A DNA stretch of 64,000 nt from a virus (Duplodnaviria; Caudoviricetes). Under the pieces are notes generated by a model. That model was given only the letters and a program-made list of their open reading frames with translations, did no database searches and was not told the DNA's origin. The DNA is taken from positions 1 to 64,000 of IMG/VR virus record IMGVR_UViG_3300021254_000021; one strand, written 5' to 3'. Shown piece by piece: positions 50,210 through 60,299 of this stretch. How positions within the stretch are numbered: the stretch's first letter is position 1; each line of letters begins with the position of its first letter. The translations under genes and the position numbers were made by a program.

Positions 50210-51442
50210 ATGAGTAGTAAATTGGTAACAGAATCCTTAATATCGGAGATGCGTGTTGTCGATAAAGACTCAAGCTCCCCTGCTCTTTGTATTATGGAAG
50301 GGCCATGTATGGAGTTTGATAAGGTCAATAGAAATAACCGTATCTATTCCAAGAAGTTGATTGAGGATAGAATCTTAAATAACTCAGTCGTTCAGGAAGC
50401 ATTAAAGAATAAGTCCATGTTAGGTGAAGGTGGACATCCTGAAACCAGAGTAGAGATTTCTTATCCAGATGTAGCTCTGTGTGTAGAGAAGCTATGGATT
50501 CCAAAAGATTCTAAGAATCTTTTATGGGGTCGCTTTGCTATCTTGGATACACCAGTAGGACGTATTTTAGAAACTTTAGTAAAATACGGTTCTTCTATTG
50601 GTATCTCTGCAAGAGCTATGACTGATTCCGTCGAAAAGGATGGCCATGAGGTTATATCAGAAACAACTTATGACCTCATTACTTTTGATGCTGTTCCTGA
50701 TCCCGGCTTTAAATCAGCCCGTCTTTCTAAAGTAGAATCTGCGATGCGTCCCATAGATTCTATGACTATCTCTGAACTTCAATCCGCCAGTTCCTCTTTA
50801 AAATCTGCAAAAGTACAGGCTTTTGAAAGCAGAATCCGAATGATTGATAAAGAGATAGAAAGAAGAAAGGCAATGGATATTAGCGTTGAAATCCAACAGA
50901 TAAAAGAGTGCCTTTCTTATATAAAGAAAGCGTACTCATTATCTAAAGTAGAGGATGTAGATTCTCTAATAGCTATGTCCAATACCTTTATAAATGAGTC
51001 TAAGATTAGACTTGAAGTATTTAAACGAACAAATGCAGAGTTAAAAGAAGAAATGGAAAGACTAACGTCTGAAAATCGGGCTCTACAAGAGGAAATAAGT
51101 AGATTGGATAATCTACTTTATACCCGCTCTTTATCACCCGATTATCTTACACAGTTAGACCATCTTAATACTCTGGTAAAACGAATAGAATCTTTACAAA
51201 CAGATAAATCCTCTATCAAAGAATCCAGAACATCTAAGGAATTTTCCAATAGATATTGTGTTAAAGAGAATAGAATTAGAACGCTTTTATCTAATTCTAA
51301 TGAAGGGTCTGTTTGTTCTCGTGACTCGCAAAAGATTGCTCAGTTTGAGCGTGAGCCAGATATTTTAATTCATTCAGAAGAATCGTCGCAAGAAATAGAG
51401 GATTCATTAACACGCACAATCCGTGCGCAAATAAGGAGATAA
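50210..51442 (+). CDS. Prohead maturation protease (T4 gp21-like) with coiled-coil C-terminal extension
   Basis: NRNNRIY, GEGGHP, LDTP.G, GISARA, FDAVPDPG. Confidence 0.9.
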   Translation: MSSKLVTESLISEMRVVDKDSSSPALCIMEGPCMEFDKVNRNNRIYSKKLIEDRILNNSVVQEALKNKSMLGEGGHPETRVEISYPDVALCVEKLWIPKDSKNLLWGRFAILDTPVGRILETLVKYGSSIGISARAMTDSVEKDGHEVISETTYDLITFDAVPDPGFKSARLSKVESAMRPIDSMTISELQSASSSLKSAKVQAFESRIRMIDKEIERRKAMDISVEIQQIKECLSYIKKAYSLSKVEDVDSLIAMSNTFINESKIRLEVFKRTNAELKEEMERLTSENRALQEEISRLDNLLYTRSLSPDYLTQLDHLNTLVKRIESLQTDKSSIKESRTSKEFSNRYCVKENRIRTLLSNSNEGSVCSRDSQKIAQFEREPDILIHSEESSQEIEDSLTRTIRAQIRR

Positions 51443-51445
51443 CAA

Positions 51446-52891
51446 ATGAGCGTTATTACAGAAACAGACAAAAAGTATTTGCTTGAAGCATGGAAACGTA
51501 ATGTCCAGTCCGTGAATAAAATCCGTCCAATGGATGAAGCAGGACAGGTTCATTTAGCAAAGGTTCTTGAAAATACCAAGAACGCTCTCCGTGAACGTGG
51601 TATTTCCAATGAAAACTTTGTTCGTGGCGGCATTACTCAAGGTGCGGATATTTCTTGGTTTCCACCCCATGTCATTAACATGGTTTCTGCCCTCTATGCT
51701 TCACAGATCATTGAAGAGCTAGTTTCCATTCAGCCTCTTGACAATCCTATCGGACAGATCGTTTTCTTACAGTATCTCTATGGCGATACCCGTGGTGATA
51801 ATACTGTTGGTCAGGACATGATCAATGAATTTGGTGCAATGCAGAATCAGGATCAGCGTAATCGTTACGCTTCCCAGATCATTGACGGTGAACCTGCTAC
51901 CTCTACTGGTGGTAAAGACATTGATATGCACCTTCAGAACCTTCCAGTTCTCTTTGATGCAATGCACCCAATTGACCTCATTGATAACACCAATTCTGGT
52001 AACGTTTATCGTGTTAAGAAAACTTCTGACACCACCATTTCAGTTGTTATGGTTAATGCTAAGGGTTATGAAGAAGGTACAAACCTTCTGGATACCACTA
52101 AAGAAGTCATTGTTAAGCCCGATGCAGGTCACTTTAAATTCTCTTTGCTCTCTGCTATTGAATCTGGTGTGAATGCTCGTTATTCACAGGATCTTTCAAG
52201 CGGTCCCTCAATGGCAGGTCGTGTTACCCTTCACCTCAAAACCGAATCTGTTAAGGCCGAGCCACACAAACTCCGTGCCCAGTACGTCTTTGATGCAGGG
52301 TACAGCTTGGCAAAATCACACGGCATTGATATTGAACAGTGCCTCATTGATGCTTGCACAACTGAAATCCGCCATGAACGTGATATGGAAGTTATTAACA
52401 TCCTTATGCACCAAGCCCTTTCCTCAGTCCAGTGGAATAGATTAAACTCAAATTATGTTTCACAGCGTGAACATAATGAGAGCTTCCTCACCACACTGTT
52501 TGCCGCCGCTTCCGAAATCAGCTATCGTACAAAGAAAGTTTTCGGTAACTGGGTTGTCGTTGGTAAAGAAGGTCTTGACACCATTATGTCAGTTGGCGCT
52601 CCTCGTTTCCAAGCAACCGCTCTTAGCAACCTCAATGGTCCAACTGTAGTAGGTACACTTGATAACGCTATGAAAGTTATCTTCTCACCATACGTTGCCC
52701 GTAATGAGTTCCTAGTCGGTTACAAAGGTGATAGCTATATTGATGCGGGTTTCATTGTTGGTGACTATTTGCCGATCGCTTCCACTGATTTCATTACATT
52801 GGACGACTTCGTGAGCCGCAAAGGCTTCGTAAGTATTTGGGGTTCACGTATGGTCAATCCCAATATGTACGTAAAGGGTACAATTGTATAA
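51446..52891 (+). CDS. Major capsid protein (T4 gp23-like)
   Basis: LA.VLEN, VSIQPL..P.GQI..L.Y.Y, V.A...KLRA, HGIDIE, EI..E.D.EVI, VGYKG....DAG....Y.P; high-expression codon bias. Confidence 0.93.
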   Translation: MSVITETDKKYLLEAWKRNVQSVNKIRPMDEAGQVHLAKVLENTKNALRERGISNENFVRGGITQGADISWFPPHVINMVSALYASQIIEELVSIQPLDNPIGQIVFLQYLYGDTRGDNTVGQDMINEFGAMQNQDQRNRYASQIIDGEPATSTGGKDIDMHLQNLPVLFDAMHPIDLIDNTNSGNVYRVKKTSDTTISVVMVNAKGYEEGTNLLDTTKEVIVKPDAGHFKFSLLSAIESGVNARYSQDLSSGPSMAGRVTLHLKTESVKAEPHKLRAQYVFDAGYSLAKSHGIDIEQCLIDACTTEIRHERDMEVINILMHQALSSVQWNRLNSNYVSQREHNESFLTTLFAAASEISYRTKKVFGNWVVVGKEGLDTIMSVGAPRFQATALSNLNGPTVVGTLDNAMKVIFSPYVARNEFLVGYKGDSYIDAGFIVGDYLPIASTDFITLDDFVSRKGFVSIWGSRMVNPNMYVKGTIV

Positions 52892-52912
52892 TCCTTATAA
52901 ATAAAGGATTTC

Positions 52913-52949
52913 AAGCCCCAAAGGAAGCTCCTTTGGGGCTTTTCTTTTA
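52913..52949 (+). terminator. Intrinsic terminator after capsid gene
   Basis: AAGCCCCAAAGGA/TCCTTTGGGGCTT plus T run. Confidence 0.85.
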
Positions 52950-53009
52950 TCTGAAATGACCTTTTCTGTTTTTATTGTTGCATATTAGTTCTCTTTTTGT
53001 TATTAGTCA

Positions 53010-53092
53010 TAGTTGGGTGTTATATCCCTTTATTATAGAGCTAGTTGGGTGTTATATCCCTTTGTTCTTTATAGTTGGGTGTTAATTCCCTT
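53010..53092 (+). repeat. Three 21-22 bp direct repeats TAGTTGGGTGTTA(TA/AT)TCCCTT with 10- and 8-nt spacers
   Basis: Copies at 53010, 53042 and 53072. Confidence 0.9.
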
Positions 53093-53114
53093 AATGATAA
53101 AAAGGAGATATATT

Positions 53115-55610
53115 ATGGCTAGGAAAAGGAAGTTTATAGTAAATATTGGAGACCAATTTGGGAGACTAACTGTATTAAGAGAAGAAGTTAATCCTAAAGA
53201 CATAAGTCACCCAAATTATTTATGTCAATGCTCTTGTGGTAATACTACTATAGTAAGAGCAAAACTATTATGTAAAGGTATTACACAATCTTGTGGGTGT
53301 CTTTGGAAAGACACTATGAAGGAGATAAAGGAAAAACAGAAACAAAAGTCTGCTATCCCTATTGGGACTGTTTCAGGTAATTTAACTGTTATAGAAGATT
53401 TAGGGATTTTGCCATGTGGTGTAAAAAAAGAACATTGTTATAAGTGTAAATGTGTTTGTGGTAAAGAAGTAGTAATTAGACAGCAATGTTTAAAGAGAGG
53501 TCAGGCTTCTTGTGGGTGTACTAAATTTGAAAATCCAAGAAAAGTTATATCTGAAAAAGCAAAGAAAAAGAGAGAGTATCCTACATGGCTGTCTAATTTT
53601 TTAGTGTTTGAAGAAGAAATTAATGGTATAAAAAATAAGGATTATTCTTATGAGACTAGACTTCATTTTCGATGTTCTAATTGTGGGCAAATTGTAGAGA
53701 AGCCAATCTCATATATTATGCGATTAAATAAAGAAAGAGAACAGCCAGTCGTATTATGCTTGAATTGTTCTAATCATCGTTCTTCCTTTGAAGAAGAAGT
53801 TTATCAATATATAAAATCCATAGTTAATGAAAAAACCATACAGAGAAATATATGGGGTATTCTAAGAGATGGTCAAGTACAGTATGAACTGGACATGTAC
53901 CTTCCTGATATAGGTGTAGCTATAGAGTGTAATGGGGATTACTTTCATTCTGCTAGTTATAATAAAGGGGGTTTGTATCACCAAAAGAAATACCAATTAG
54001 CAGAAGATAAAGGGATTCATTTAATTCAAATTTTTGAATCTTACTGGAAAAGTAATAAAGAGAAAATAAAAAGCTATTTACATGATTGTTTGGGAAAAAC
54101 TCAAAAAGTGTATGCACGTAGCTGTTTTATAAGAACTATTACTAAGAATGTAGCTAATAACTTTTATAATGAGAACCATATTCAAGGAGCTAGTTCACAG
54201 TGTGATATAAATCTTGGTCTTTATGATAAAGACTCTTTGATTTCCTGTATGAGTTTTACCAAAGTTGGTTTACACAACCCTACTGCAAAAAATGAGACTT
54301 ATTTTGAACTTGTTCGCTTTTCTGTAAAAAATGGTTTTTCTATTATAGGTGGTGCATCTAAGTTACTTACTTTTTTTGAGAAAGAATATACACCTAGTAA
54401 ATTGCTCTCTTATTCAGACAATGACTTCTTTACAGGGAAGGTGTATAGGATTTTAGGCTTTACATTAGATGCTTATGTAAAGCCTCGTTATCATTGGTTT
54501 ATGCGAGATCAGACAGTTCGTACCAGAGAGAGTTGTCAGTTAAAATATCTATCTAAACAATATCCAGATATTTACAATAAAGCCTTACAAGAGAAAGCTC
54601 TTAATAAAGAGGATTATATTATGGATCAACTAAGAGCTGTTAAGGTATACCACTCTGGTAATAAGAGATGGATAAAGGAATACAAAGGAAATAGTTTAAA
54701 GGAAAATGCTCCGTTAAATGAAAATTCCTCATTAGTCACACTCCCCATGAAAGAGGAAGTTAAGAGTTTTATAAATTCCTTAATTACGGATAGTGTAGTA
54801 GAGTATAGAGATTCTCTATTTGATTTATACTTAGAAAAATTTAATCTTGCTTTTATGTTTTCTTCCTCTATATATAATACAAACCTAAAGAGACCTAAAA
54901 ATTTTTATAGAGATAAATTCTATCTCGCTAGTGAGAAAGGGATTCGTTTAATTTCCATATTTGAGATGGACTGGAAGGCTTCTAAAGATAAGATAAAGAA
55001 TCTTATTAAGTACAACATTTTACCTAAAGAGAAAATCCCTGCTAGGAAGTGTGTGGTAAAGAGTGTATCTATACAGGAAGCATGGGAGTTTTATGATACC
55101 TATCATATTCAGAATAAGTCTTGTTTAGCAAAGATAAATTATGGTCTTTATTATAAAGATTCTTTGGTGGCAGTGATGGGTTTTGGCTCATCCTCTTTCC
55201 ATAACAGGCAGTATAATGAAGGGGATTATGAGCTACATCGTTTTGTAACAAAAACTGGTTTAACTGTTGTGGGTGGGGCGTCTAAATTACTTAGTCTGTT
55301 TGAAAGAGAATACCACCCTGCATTCTTGCTGTCTTATTCGTGGAATGATTGGTATGACGGTACAATGTATTCCAAGTTAGGTTTTACTCTGGATAAGAAT
55401 GTTCCACCAGACTATTTCTGGATTCTAAATGATGAGTGTATTAACAAAAGAAAATGCAGATTGAAAAGTCTTTCCAAGCAATACCCAGAACTGTATGAGG
55501 AAGCCATAGAAAAGAATGTGTCTAATAAAGAGGACTTCATCATGGAAAGTTTAGGTGCAATAAAAGTATATCGTTCAGGATCTAAAAGATGGGTTAAGAA
55601 ATATGTGTGA
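53115..55610 (+). CDS. Free-standing homing-endonuclease-like protein with duplicated nuclease/GNAT-like module
   Basis: AAGGAG then ATG 53115; two G.LTV...C.C.CG...SCGC units; ELDMYLP...AIECNGDYFH; two YAR.C/GGASKL/SYS modules. Confidence 0.75.
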   Translation: MARKRKFIVNIGDQFGRLTVLREEVNPKDISHPNYLCQCSCGNTTIVRAKLLCKGITQSCGCLWKDTMKEIKEKQKQKSAIPIGTVSGNLTVIEDLGILPCGVKKEHCYKCKCVCGKEVVIRQQCLKRGQASCGCTKFENPRKVISEKAKKKREYPTWLSNFLVFEEEINGIKNKDYSYETRLHFRCSNCGQIVEKPISYIMRLNKEREQPVVLCLNCSNHRSSFEEEVYQYIKSIVNEKTIQRNIWGILRDGQVQYELDMYLPDIGVAIECNGDYFHSASYNKGGLYHQKKYQLAEDKGIHLIQIFESYWKSNKEKIKSYLHDCLGKTQKVYARSCFIRTITKNVANNFYNENHIQGASSQCDINLGLYDKDSLISCMSFTKVGLHNPTAKNETYFELVRFSVKNGFSIIGGASKLLTFFEKEYTPSKLLSYSDNDFFTGKVYRILGFTLDAYVKPRYHWFMRDQTVRTRESCQLKYLSKQYPDIYNKALQEKALNKEDYIMDQLRAVKVYHSGNKRWIKEYKGNSLKENAPLNENSSLVTLPMKEEVKSFINSLITDSVVEYRDSLFDLYLEKFNLAFMFSSSIYNTNLKRPKNFYRDKFYLASEKGIRLISIFEMDWKASKDKIKNLIKYNILPKEKIPARKCVVKSVSIQEAWEFYDTYHIQNKSCLAKINYGLYYKDSLVAVMGFGSSSFHNRQYNEGDYELHRFVTKTGLTVVGGASKLLSLFEREYHPAFLLSYSWNDWYDGTMYSKLGFTLDKNVPPDYFWILNDECINKRKCRLKSLSKQYPELYEEAIEKNVSNKEDFIMESLGAIKVYRSGSKRWVKKYV

Positions 55611-55824
55611 GAGTAGGGCTATTGTGTCGAAGGTATCTCATAATGGAGAATTTAGAACGTACTTTGTCTCAGTAGATGTAGCTTTTTCTATAGCTCGTTG
55701 TTCTAAGAATTACGTTGTTGTGTTTATAGGAAGTGAGAGATATAGATTTTTTAATGGAGAGCCTATATTAACGATTGTTAGAGAAAATTTTAGAGACGAA
55801 AACATGTCTGTTTCTCTAAAGTAA
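55603..55824 (+). CDS. Small protein, paralogue of 26704..26901
   Basis: Shared TYF/AF.IAR/RF..GEP motifs. Confidence 0.7.
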   Translation: MCESRAIVSKVSHNGEFRTYFVSVDVAFSIARCSKNYVVVFIGSERYRFFNGEPILTIVRENFRDENMSVSLK

Positions 55825-55951
55825 TTGTTAAATTCTTGTTTAATACATCTTCTACCTAAAGAGGGAGATGATTTGTTTGAGTATTTAACAACATGAACAG
55901 ACCTTTTTTCTGAAAAAACTTTTACATATAATAGAAAAGGACGTATAGGCT

Positions 55952-56005
55952 ATGGTTAAGCTAGTTAAAAAAGAGTTAGTTAGTGAGGCTCTAAACGTTG
56001 GGTGA
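55952..56005 (+). pseudogene. 17-codon ORF consisting only of the leader (MVKLVKKELVSEALNVG)
   Basis: AAGGA upstream, leader-like sequence, stop, then terminator. Confidence 0.4.
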
Positions 56006-56020
56006 AGAAGTACAGCACTA

Positions 56021-56056
56021 AAAATAAAAGCCCCAATTAAGGGGCTTTTATTTTTA
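56021..56056. terminator. Bidirectional terminator between convergent units
   Basis: AAAATAAAAGCCCC-AATTAA-GGGGCTTTTATTTT. Confidence 0.85.
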
Positions 56057-56110
56057 TCCTTTATGTAAACATTCCAATGTTTCTTTATTATCTGGGTTTA
56101 TTTAAGTAGT

Positions 56111-56500
56111 TTACTCTACTGCCTGTTTAAGAATAAGAAATACATATTTTGGCATTATCTCTAATACAGAAGTAATATAGATCTCTAATGAAGGATCTGT
56201 AGAAACATTATAAGAGAGAGGCTCTATAAGATTTTCTGGTAGCTTCTGATAAATTATACCAGACAAATTCTCTGGTAAAGAATCTACCTGTTCTTGAGTT
56301 ATTCGCTCTCTATCTGACAGGTCTACGATATTTTTATTTAGATTCACTACTACGGCTAAACCTTTTTCTCTCATCTCCTCTACTTCTTCTATAGTAGTAG
56401 GAAGTCTTGAGGAACTTTTACCAAAAGAGAGTCTACCTTGAGGATCGGCGGTAGGTTTTTCACTACCAAATGCTAAATCTAAAACGTATGGAAATGACAT
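56111..56500 (-). CDS. Paralogue of 45686..46075 on minus strand
   Basis: End-to-end similarity; AAGGAG RBS and TATCTA on the minus strand. Confidence 0.8.
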   Translation of the reverse strand: MSFPYVLDLAFGSEKPTADPQGRLSFGKSSSRLPTTIEEVEEMREKGLAVVVNLNKNIVDLSDRERITQEQVDSLPENLSGIIYQKLPENLIEPLSYNVSTDPSLEIYITSVLEIMPKYVFLILKQAVE

Positions 56501-56609
56501 AATTTAATCTCCTTAAAATAAGGGTAAGTGTTAGGCTAATAGCCTAATTAGGTAGATAGCGCGTGTAGCCTATCAAATTGTTTAGTTTATCCTTTAAGGA
56601 GGGGTAATT

Positions 56610-59600
56610 ATGAGACCTAATGATGGTAGAGAAGCCGCGTATGTTCGTTCCCGCGTTATAGATAAAAGCCTAGTTCCTGCTTCCACGGAATATCTCCCTT
56701 TATTTACCTGTTTAGCACCAAAAGGCACATCTACAGAACCCGTACTTATTCGTCAGGTGGATGATCTTTTAAATGAGTTTGGTGATCCTTCTATAAACCC
56801 TATTTTATACAGGGATTTAATTACCATTAGAGATTTTGTAAAGGGTGGGCGATCCTGTTGGGTGAATCGTGTCCCTGTAAATGCACAGAAGTTCCACTAC
56901 TATTTTTATCTTAACAATACTCTACCTTTGGTCTATATGCTTTATTTTACTTATCCTAAGTGGAATACACTTACAACAGAGGAAAAGCGTATAGCTAATG
57001 CAGGTTATCTCTATGGTGGTTCAAGCGTTATCCGTTTTCAGGATCATTTAGGTAATTACCTCGATGTAGACATCTTTACTGAAATATATGATATTGTTTC
57101 AAAGAAGGATGAGATATTTGAGAAAACGGGGTGGGTGGTAGATGTACCAGAAAATCCTCTTATCCGAATTGCAGAAAAGCATAACTCTTTACAGCAGTTC
57201 ACCACTTCTGTAAACAAGGGTAGGAAATACATTACTATGAGGTGGCAGGGTACATACTCTACACCAGAAAAACATACTTTAACCTCTACTGTTTATGTAC
57301 AACCTGTTGGTTCTGATGGGAAAATTATCAGAGATTCCGAAGGTCATTTAATTAGACCTGATAATCCAAATAACATCTCCCTTTTTAAGCAGACGGTTGT
57401 ACCTGTAAAGGTATTGGAAGATGTTGTAGATGCCTATATTGGTACACCAGAACATACCTCTTATACAATACCAAGTGTGGGATACTCAAATATTTATAAA
57501 CAAACAAATCATCTTTATTCTAGGAAAACGTCTATAACAGTAGAAAAACCAAATCCAGAACCTCACATTTACTATTTAGAACCTGCTCAAGAAGGTTCTA
57601 ATACCGTTATCATAGGTAAAACTCAAGAGGATGGGGATGGATGGATTTATCTTAATACAGTTAATGGTAGTACATCTTCCAGTACACGTGTAGATAAAGT
57701 TACTCTAAAAAATTCTCTTGTTGCTGATGAAAGGTATAAAGATTGTTTAGAGTTTACAAATGAAGTGAATAAGAGAATAAAAGTTAAAGATGATTATAGT
57801 CAAGATACTATAACAGTAAGTCCATTAGATATTCTTATTCATAATAAAGCTATTTATAAAGTATATTATACTCCTAATTATGTTGTAGACCCTAAAGACC
57901 CTTCTTCTAATTACAACAAAGTGGATGACGCTACTTATGTTTGGAAATTTCCGAATTTATCCACAGAAGGATTAACTCTTACTTTTTCTCCTAGTACATA
58001 CCTAGGGTATTCATATCTTATGTACTCTATTAGTGTAGAATGTACAGAGTATTATACTGGTCCCACTACTATAGAAATAGAACCTTTTGATATATTTGAA
58101 GGAGAGAAGATTCCTTATGATACAAATACACATACATACTTTCCAATAAACACGGAATCAAACCCAGACCTCCTTAGTTTAACCTTTACAGCATCTATTG
58201 GATACTACGTTTTACGAAATAATCCAATACCTTTCCCAGTTTTACAGGATAACCATATTAAGATTGGTATGGCTAATTCTAGTGGTACAGGGGATATTTA
58301 TCAGGAGATAAAATTACCCGCAGGTACATATAACCAGTCAGGTGCAAGGTATATCATAGATAAGTTAATCCATGTCTTTTATAAAGCTACTAGATACACT
58401 GAATCTAAACTAAGAAAAAGGAAGGTGTATTCTGAAATACCTACGACAGATGAGGAATGGGAAGATTATCTTGTTCCAGAATCCGAGTTAATAGATGGTA
58501 CGGAATACTATACCAATGAGAAAGACTCTACCTCTATAGAAAGGATAGAGCCTAATTGGCAAACATTTATTTATTCTTCTTCATCTCCTAATATACCTAA
58601 AGCTCCACTATACAGACTCTTTTATACCTCTACATCATCCTCTAATTATTATTATAATGCGGCTTTTGAAATATGTGATAGCAATTATAGTCTTATTTAT
58701 TCTATTGGAGCAAACTTAGTCTATGTGGACGACCGTATTATAAACAACTTGATGTCAAGAACATTATATAGGGGAGAAGAAGCAGAAGATTTCTCTGTTT
58801 ATTTCCCTTATAGCTATTGGTCTGAGATAGAGGATTATCTTAAAGATAATTTCGACATAGAGATGCACTACCCAGATGGGTTCTCTTCAAGTGAGACACA
58901 TCTTACCTCGTTTGACACAACTTTAATACCAGAATTAAGTGCAGAGGATCTTTTACTCTTTAGTATGGATTCGATGCTCTATCAGGACTCAAATATTTTG
59001 ACCATAACCTCTGTGACTAAATTAAAACCCGCTTCGGCAGGACTGCGTATTAAGTATGTTTTACAGGGTTATGACTTTTCCTACACCAACTTCTTAATTG
59101 AGGAAACAATTACTCTGCCAGATCACTTTACCAATCAGCAATTTGCTGATGCAATGAATGAGAATCCATACGTTAATGTTACTGTGGATGATCCAGAAGC
59201 AGACAATATTTACAGGAATGTTATAGCAGGGTATTTTAGTAACTTAGCCTATACAGTTCACTATGACTTGGATGTAGAAATAACATTAGAGGATTACCAG
59301 AAAGCAATTAAGGTTTATTCAGATCCAAAGTATTATGGAAACTTTATTGCTGATTTAACATATCCTTTAGTAAGGTGGTATGAAAATCCAGACCCAGATA
59401 GTGAGCCTTATTATGAAATCTACATCATGCCAGAAAATGAACGTAGGGCGATTCATTGGACAATGAAGGAGATTGCGGCAACACGTAAGGATTTAATCTG
59501 CATATTCTCAACACCTAATTTACCTTTAGATCAAGCCTGTAATTGGGTAGCCGCTAAAGGTGATTATGCAGATTATTGGGAATACGGTACATCTCAAACC

Positions 59601-60299
59601 TTAGAGTATTCTGAACAGGCTTTCTACTGCGAGATGTACTATGGTTGGTTTAGTTATAAAACAGCCTTAGTTTCCGGCCAACCTTATAAGATTAAGGAAG
59701 TGAATGCAACTCTCTTTGTTATTGCCAACATTATTGATGCTTGGAATAACAAAGGTATCTCTTTCCCTGTTGCGGGAGATCAGGGTGGTGTTTTAAATAG
59801 TAACATAGATTACATAAGTATTCTGGATAACCCAGATACGAAACAGAAGAAGGATAAATTAGTCTCTTACAGAATTAACCCTATTTGGGACACAGGTACA
59901 CGTGGTATTCAGATTTATGGTAATGAGACTTTGAATCCTCTCTATACAGATTTATCTTCGGCGCATATTGCAAGAATGCTTGTGCAGATACGTAACCAGA
60001 TAGACACGTACACAGAGTCGATTAAATTCTCTTTAAATAACAAGTACACATGGGGTAGTTGGATTAATAATGTATCTACTAAGATTCTTGATCCTTTAAA
60101 GGCACAAGGTGGCTTAGTTTGGTACAGTGTTAAGATGGGTACAGACACAACTACGCCCGACCAGATAGCACAAAGAAGAATAAACGGTATTGTTTCTCTG
60201 CAATTCCGACCAGATTTAGAGATAATAGACTTAGAATATACCGTATATTCCTCTGCTTTAGATATGGTTGAGGTTTCTAGTAATATAGTCCTCTTGTGA
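56610..60299 (+). CDS. Tail sheath protein paralogue 1 (1229 aa, large insertion)
   Basis: FGDP near N-terminus; R.D...I, PVAG..GG, RINPI....GIQIYGN.TL, I.G.VSLQF...LEIIDLE sheath C-terminal domain. Confidence 0.8.
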   Translation: MRPNDGREAAYVRSRVIDKSLVPASTEYLPLFTCLAPKGTSTEPVLIRQVDDLLNEFGDPSINPILYRDLITIRDFVKGGRSCWVNRVPVNAQKFHYYFYLNNTLPLVYMLYFTYPKWNTLTTEEKRIANAGYLYGGSSVIRFQDHLGNYLDVDIFTEIYDIVSKKDEIFEKTGWVVDVPENPLIRIAEKHNSLQQFTTSVNKGRKYITMRWQGTYSTPEKHTLTSTVYVQPVGSDGKIIRDSEGHLIRPDNPNNISLFKQTVVPVKVLEDVVDAYIGTPEHTSYTIPSVGYSNIYKQTNHLYSRKTSITVEKPNPEPHIYYLEPAQEGSNTVIIGKTQEDGDGWIYLNTVNGSTSSSTRVDKVTLKNSLVADERYKDCLEFTNEVNKRIKVKDDYSQDTITVSPLDILIHNKAIYKVYYTPNYVVDPKDPSSNYNKVDDATYVWKFPNLSTEGLTLTFSPSTYLGYSYLMYSISVECTEYYTGPTTIEIEPFDIFEGEKIPYDTNTHTYFPINTESNPDLLSLTFTASIGYYVLRNNPIPFPVLQDNHIKIGMANSSGTGDIYQEIKLPAGTYNQSGARYIIDKLIHVFYKATRYTESKLRKRKVYSEIPTTDEEWEDYLVPESELIDGTEYYTNEKDSTSIERIEPNWQTFIYSSSSPNIPKAPLYRLFYTSTSSSNYYYNAAFEICDSNYSLIYSIGANLVYVDDRIINNLMSRTLYRGEEAEDFSVYFPYSYWSEIEDYLKDNFDIEMHYPDGFSSSETHLTSFDTTLIPELSAEDLLLFSMDSMLYQDSNILTITSVTKLKPASAGLRIKYVLQGYDFSYTNFLIEETITLPDHFTNQQFADAMNENPYVNVTVDDPEADNIYRNVIAGYFSNLAYTVHYDLDVEITLEDYQKAIKVYSDPKYYGNFIADLTYPLVRWYENPDPDSEPYYEIYIMPENERRAIHWTMKEIAATRKDLICIFSTPNLPLDQACNWVAAKGDYADYWEYGTSQTLEYSEQAFYCEMYYGWFSYKTALVSGQPYKIKEVNATLFVIANIIDAWNNKGISFPVAGDQGGVLNSNIDYISILDNPDTKQKKDKLVSYRINPIWDTGTRGIQIYGNETLNPLYTDLSSAHIARMLVQIRNQIDTYTESIKFSLNNKYTWGSWINNVSTKILDPLKAQGGLVWYSVKMGTDTTTPDQIAQRRINGIVSLQFRPDLEIIDLEYTVYSSALDMVEVSSNIVLL

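Noticed and set aside
53010-53092. Possible CRISPR array
   Set aside because: Spacers only 8-10 nt, three repeats, no cas genes
53013-53114. Upstream starts in the ORF track (also 11911, 11223, 45378, 48372, 49144)
   Set aside because: Downstream ATGs have clear RBSs; the extensions run through repeats, terminators or other genes
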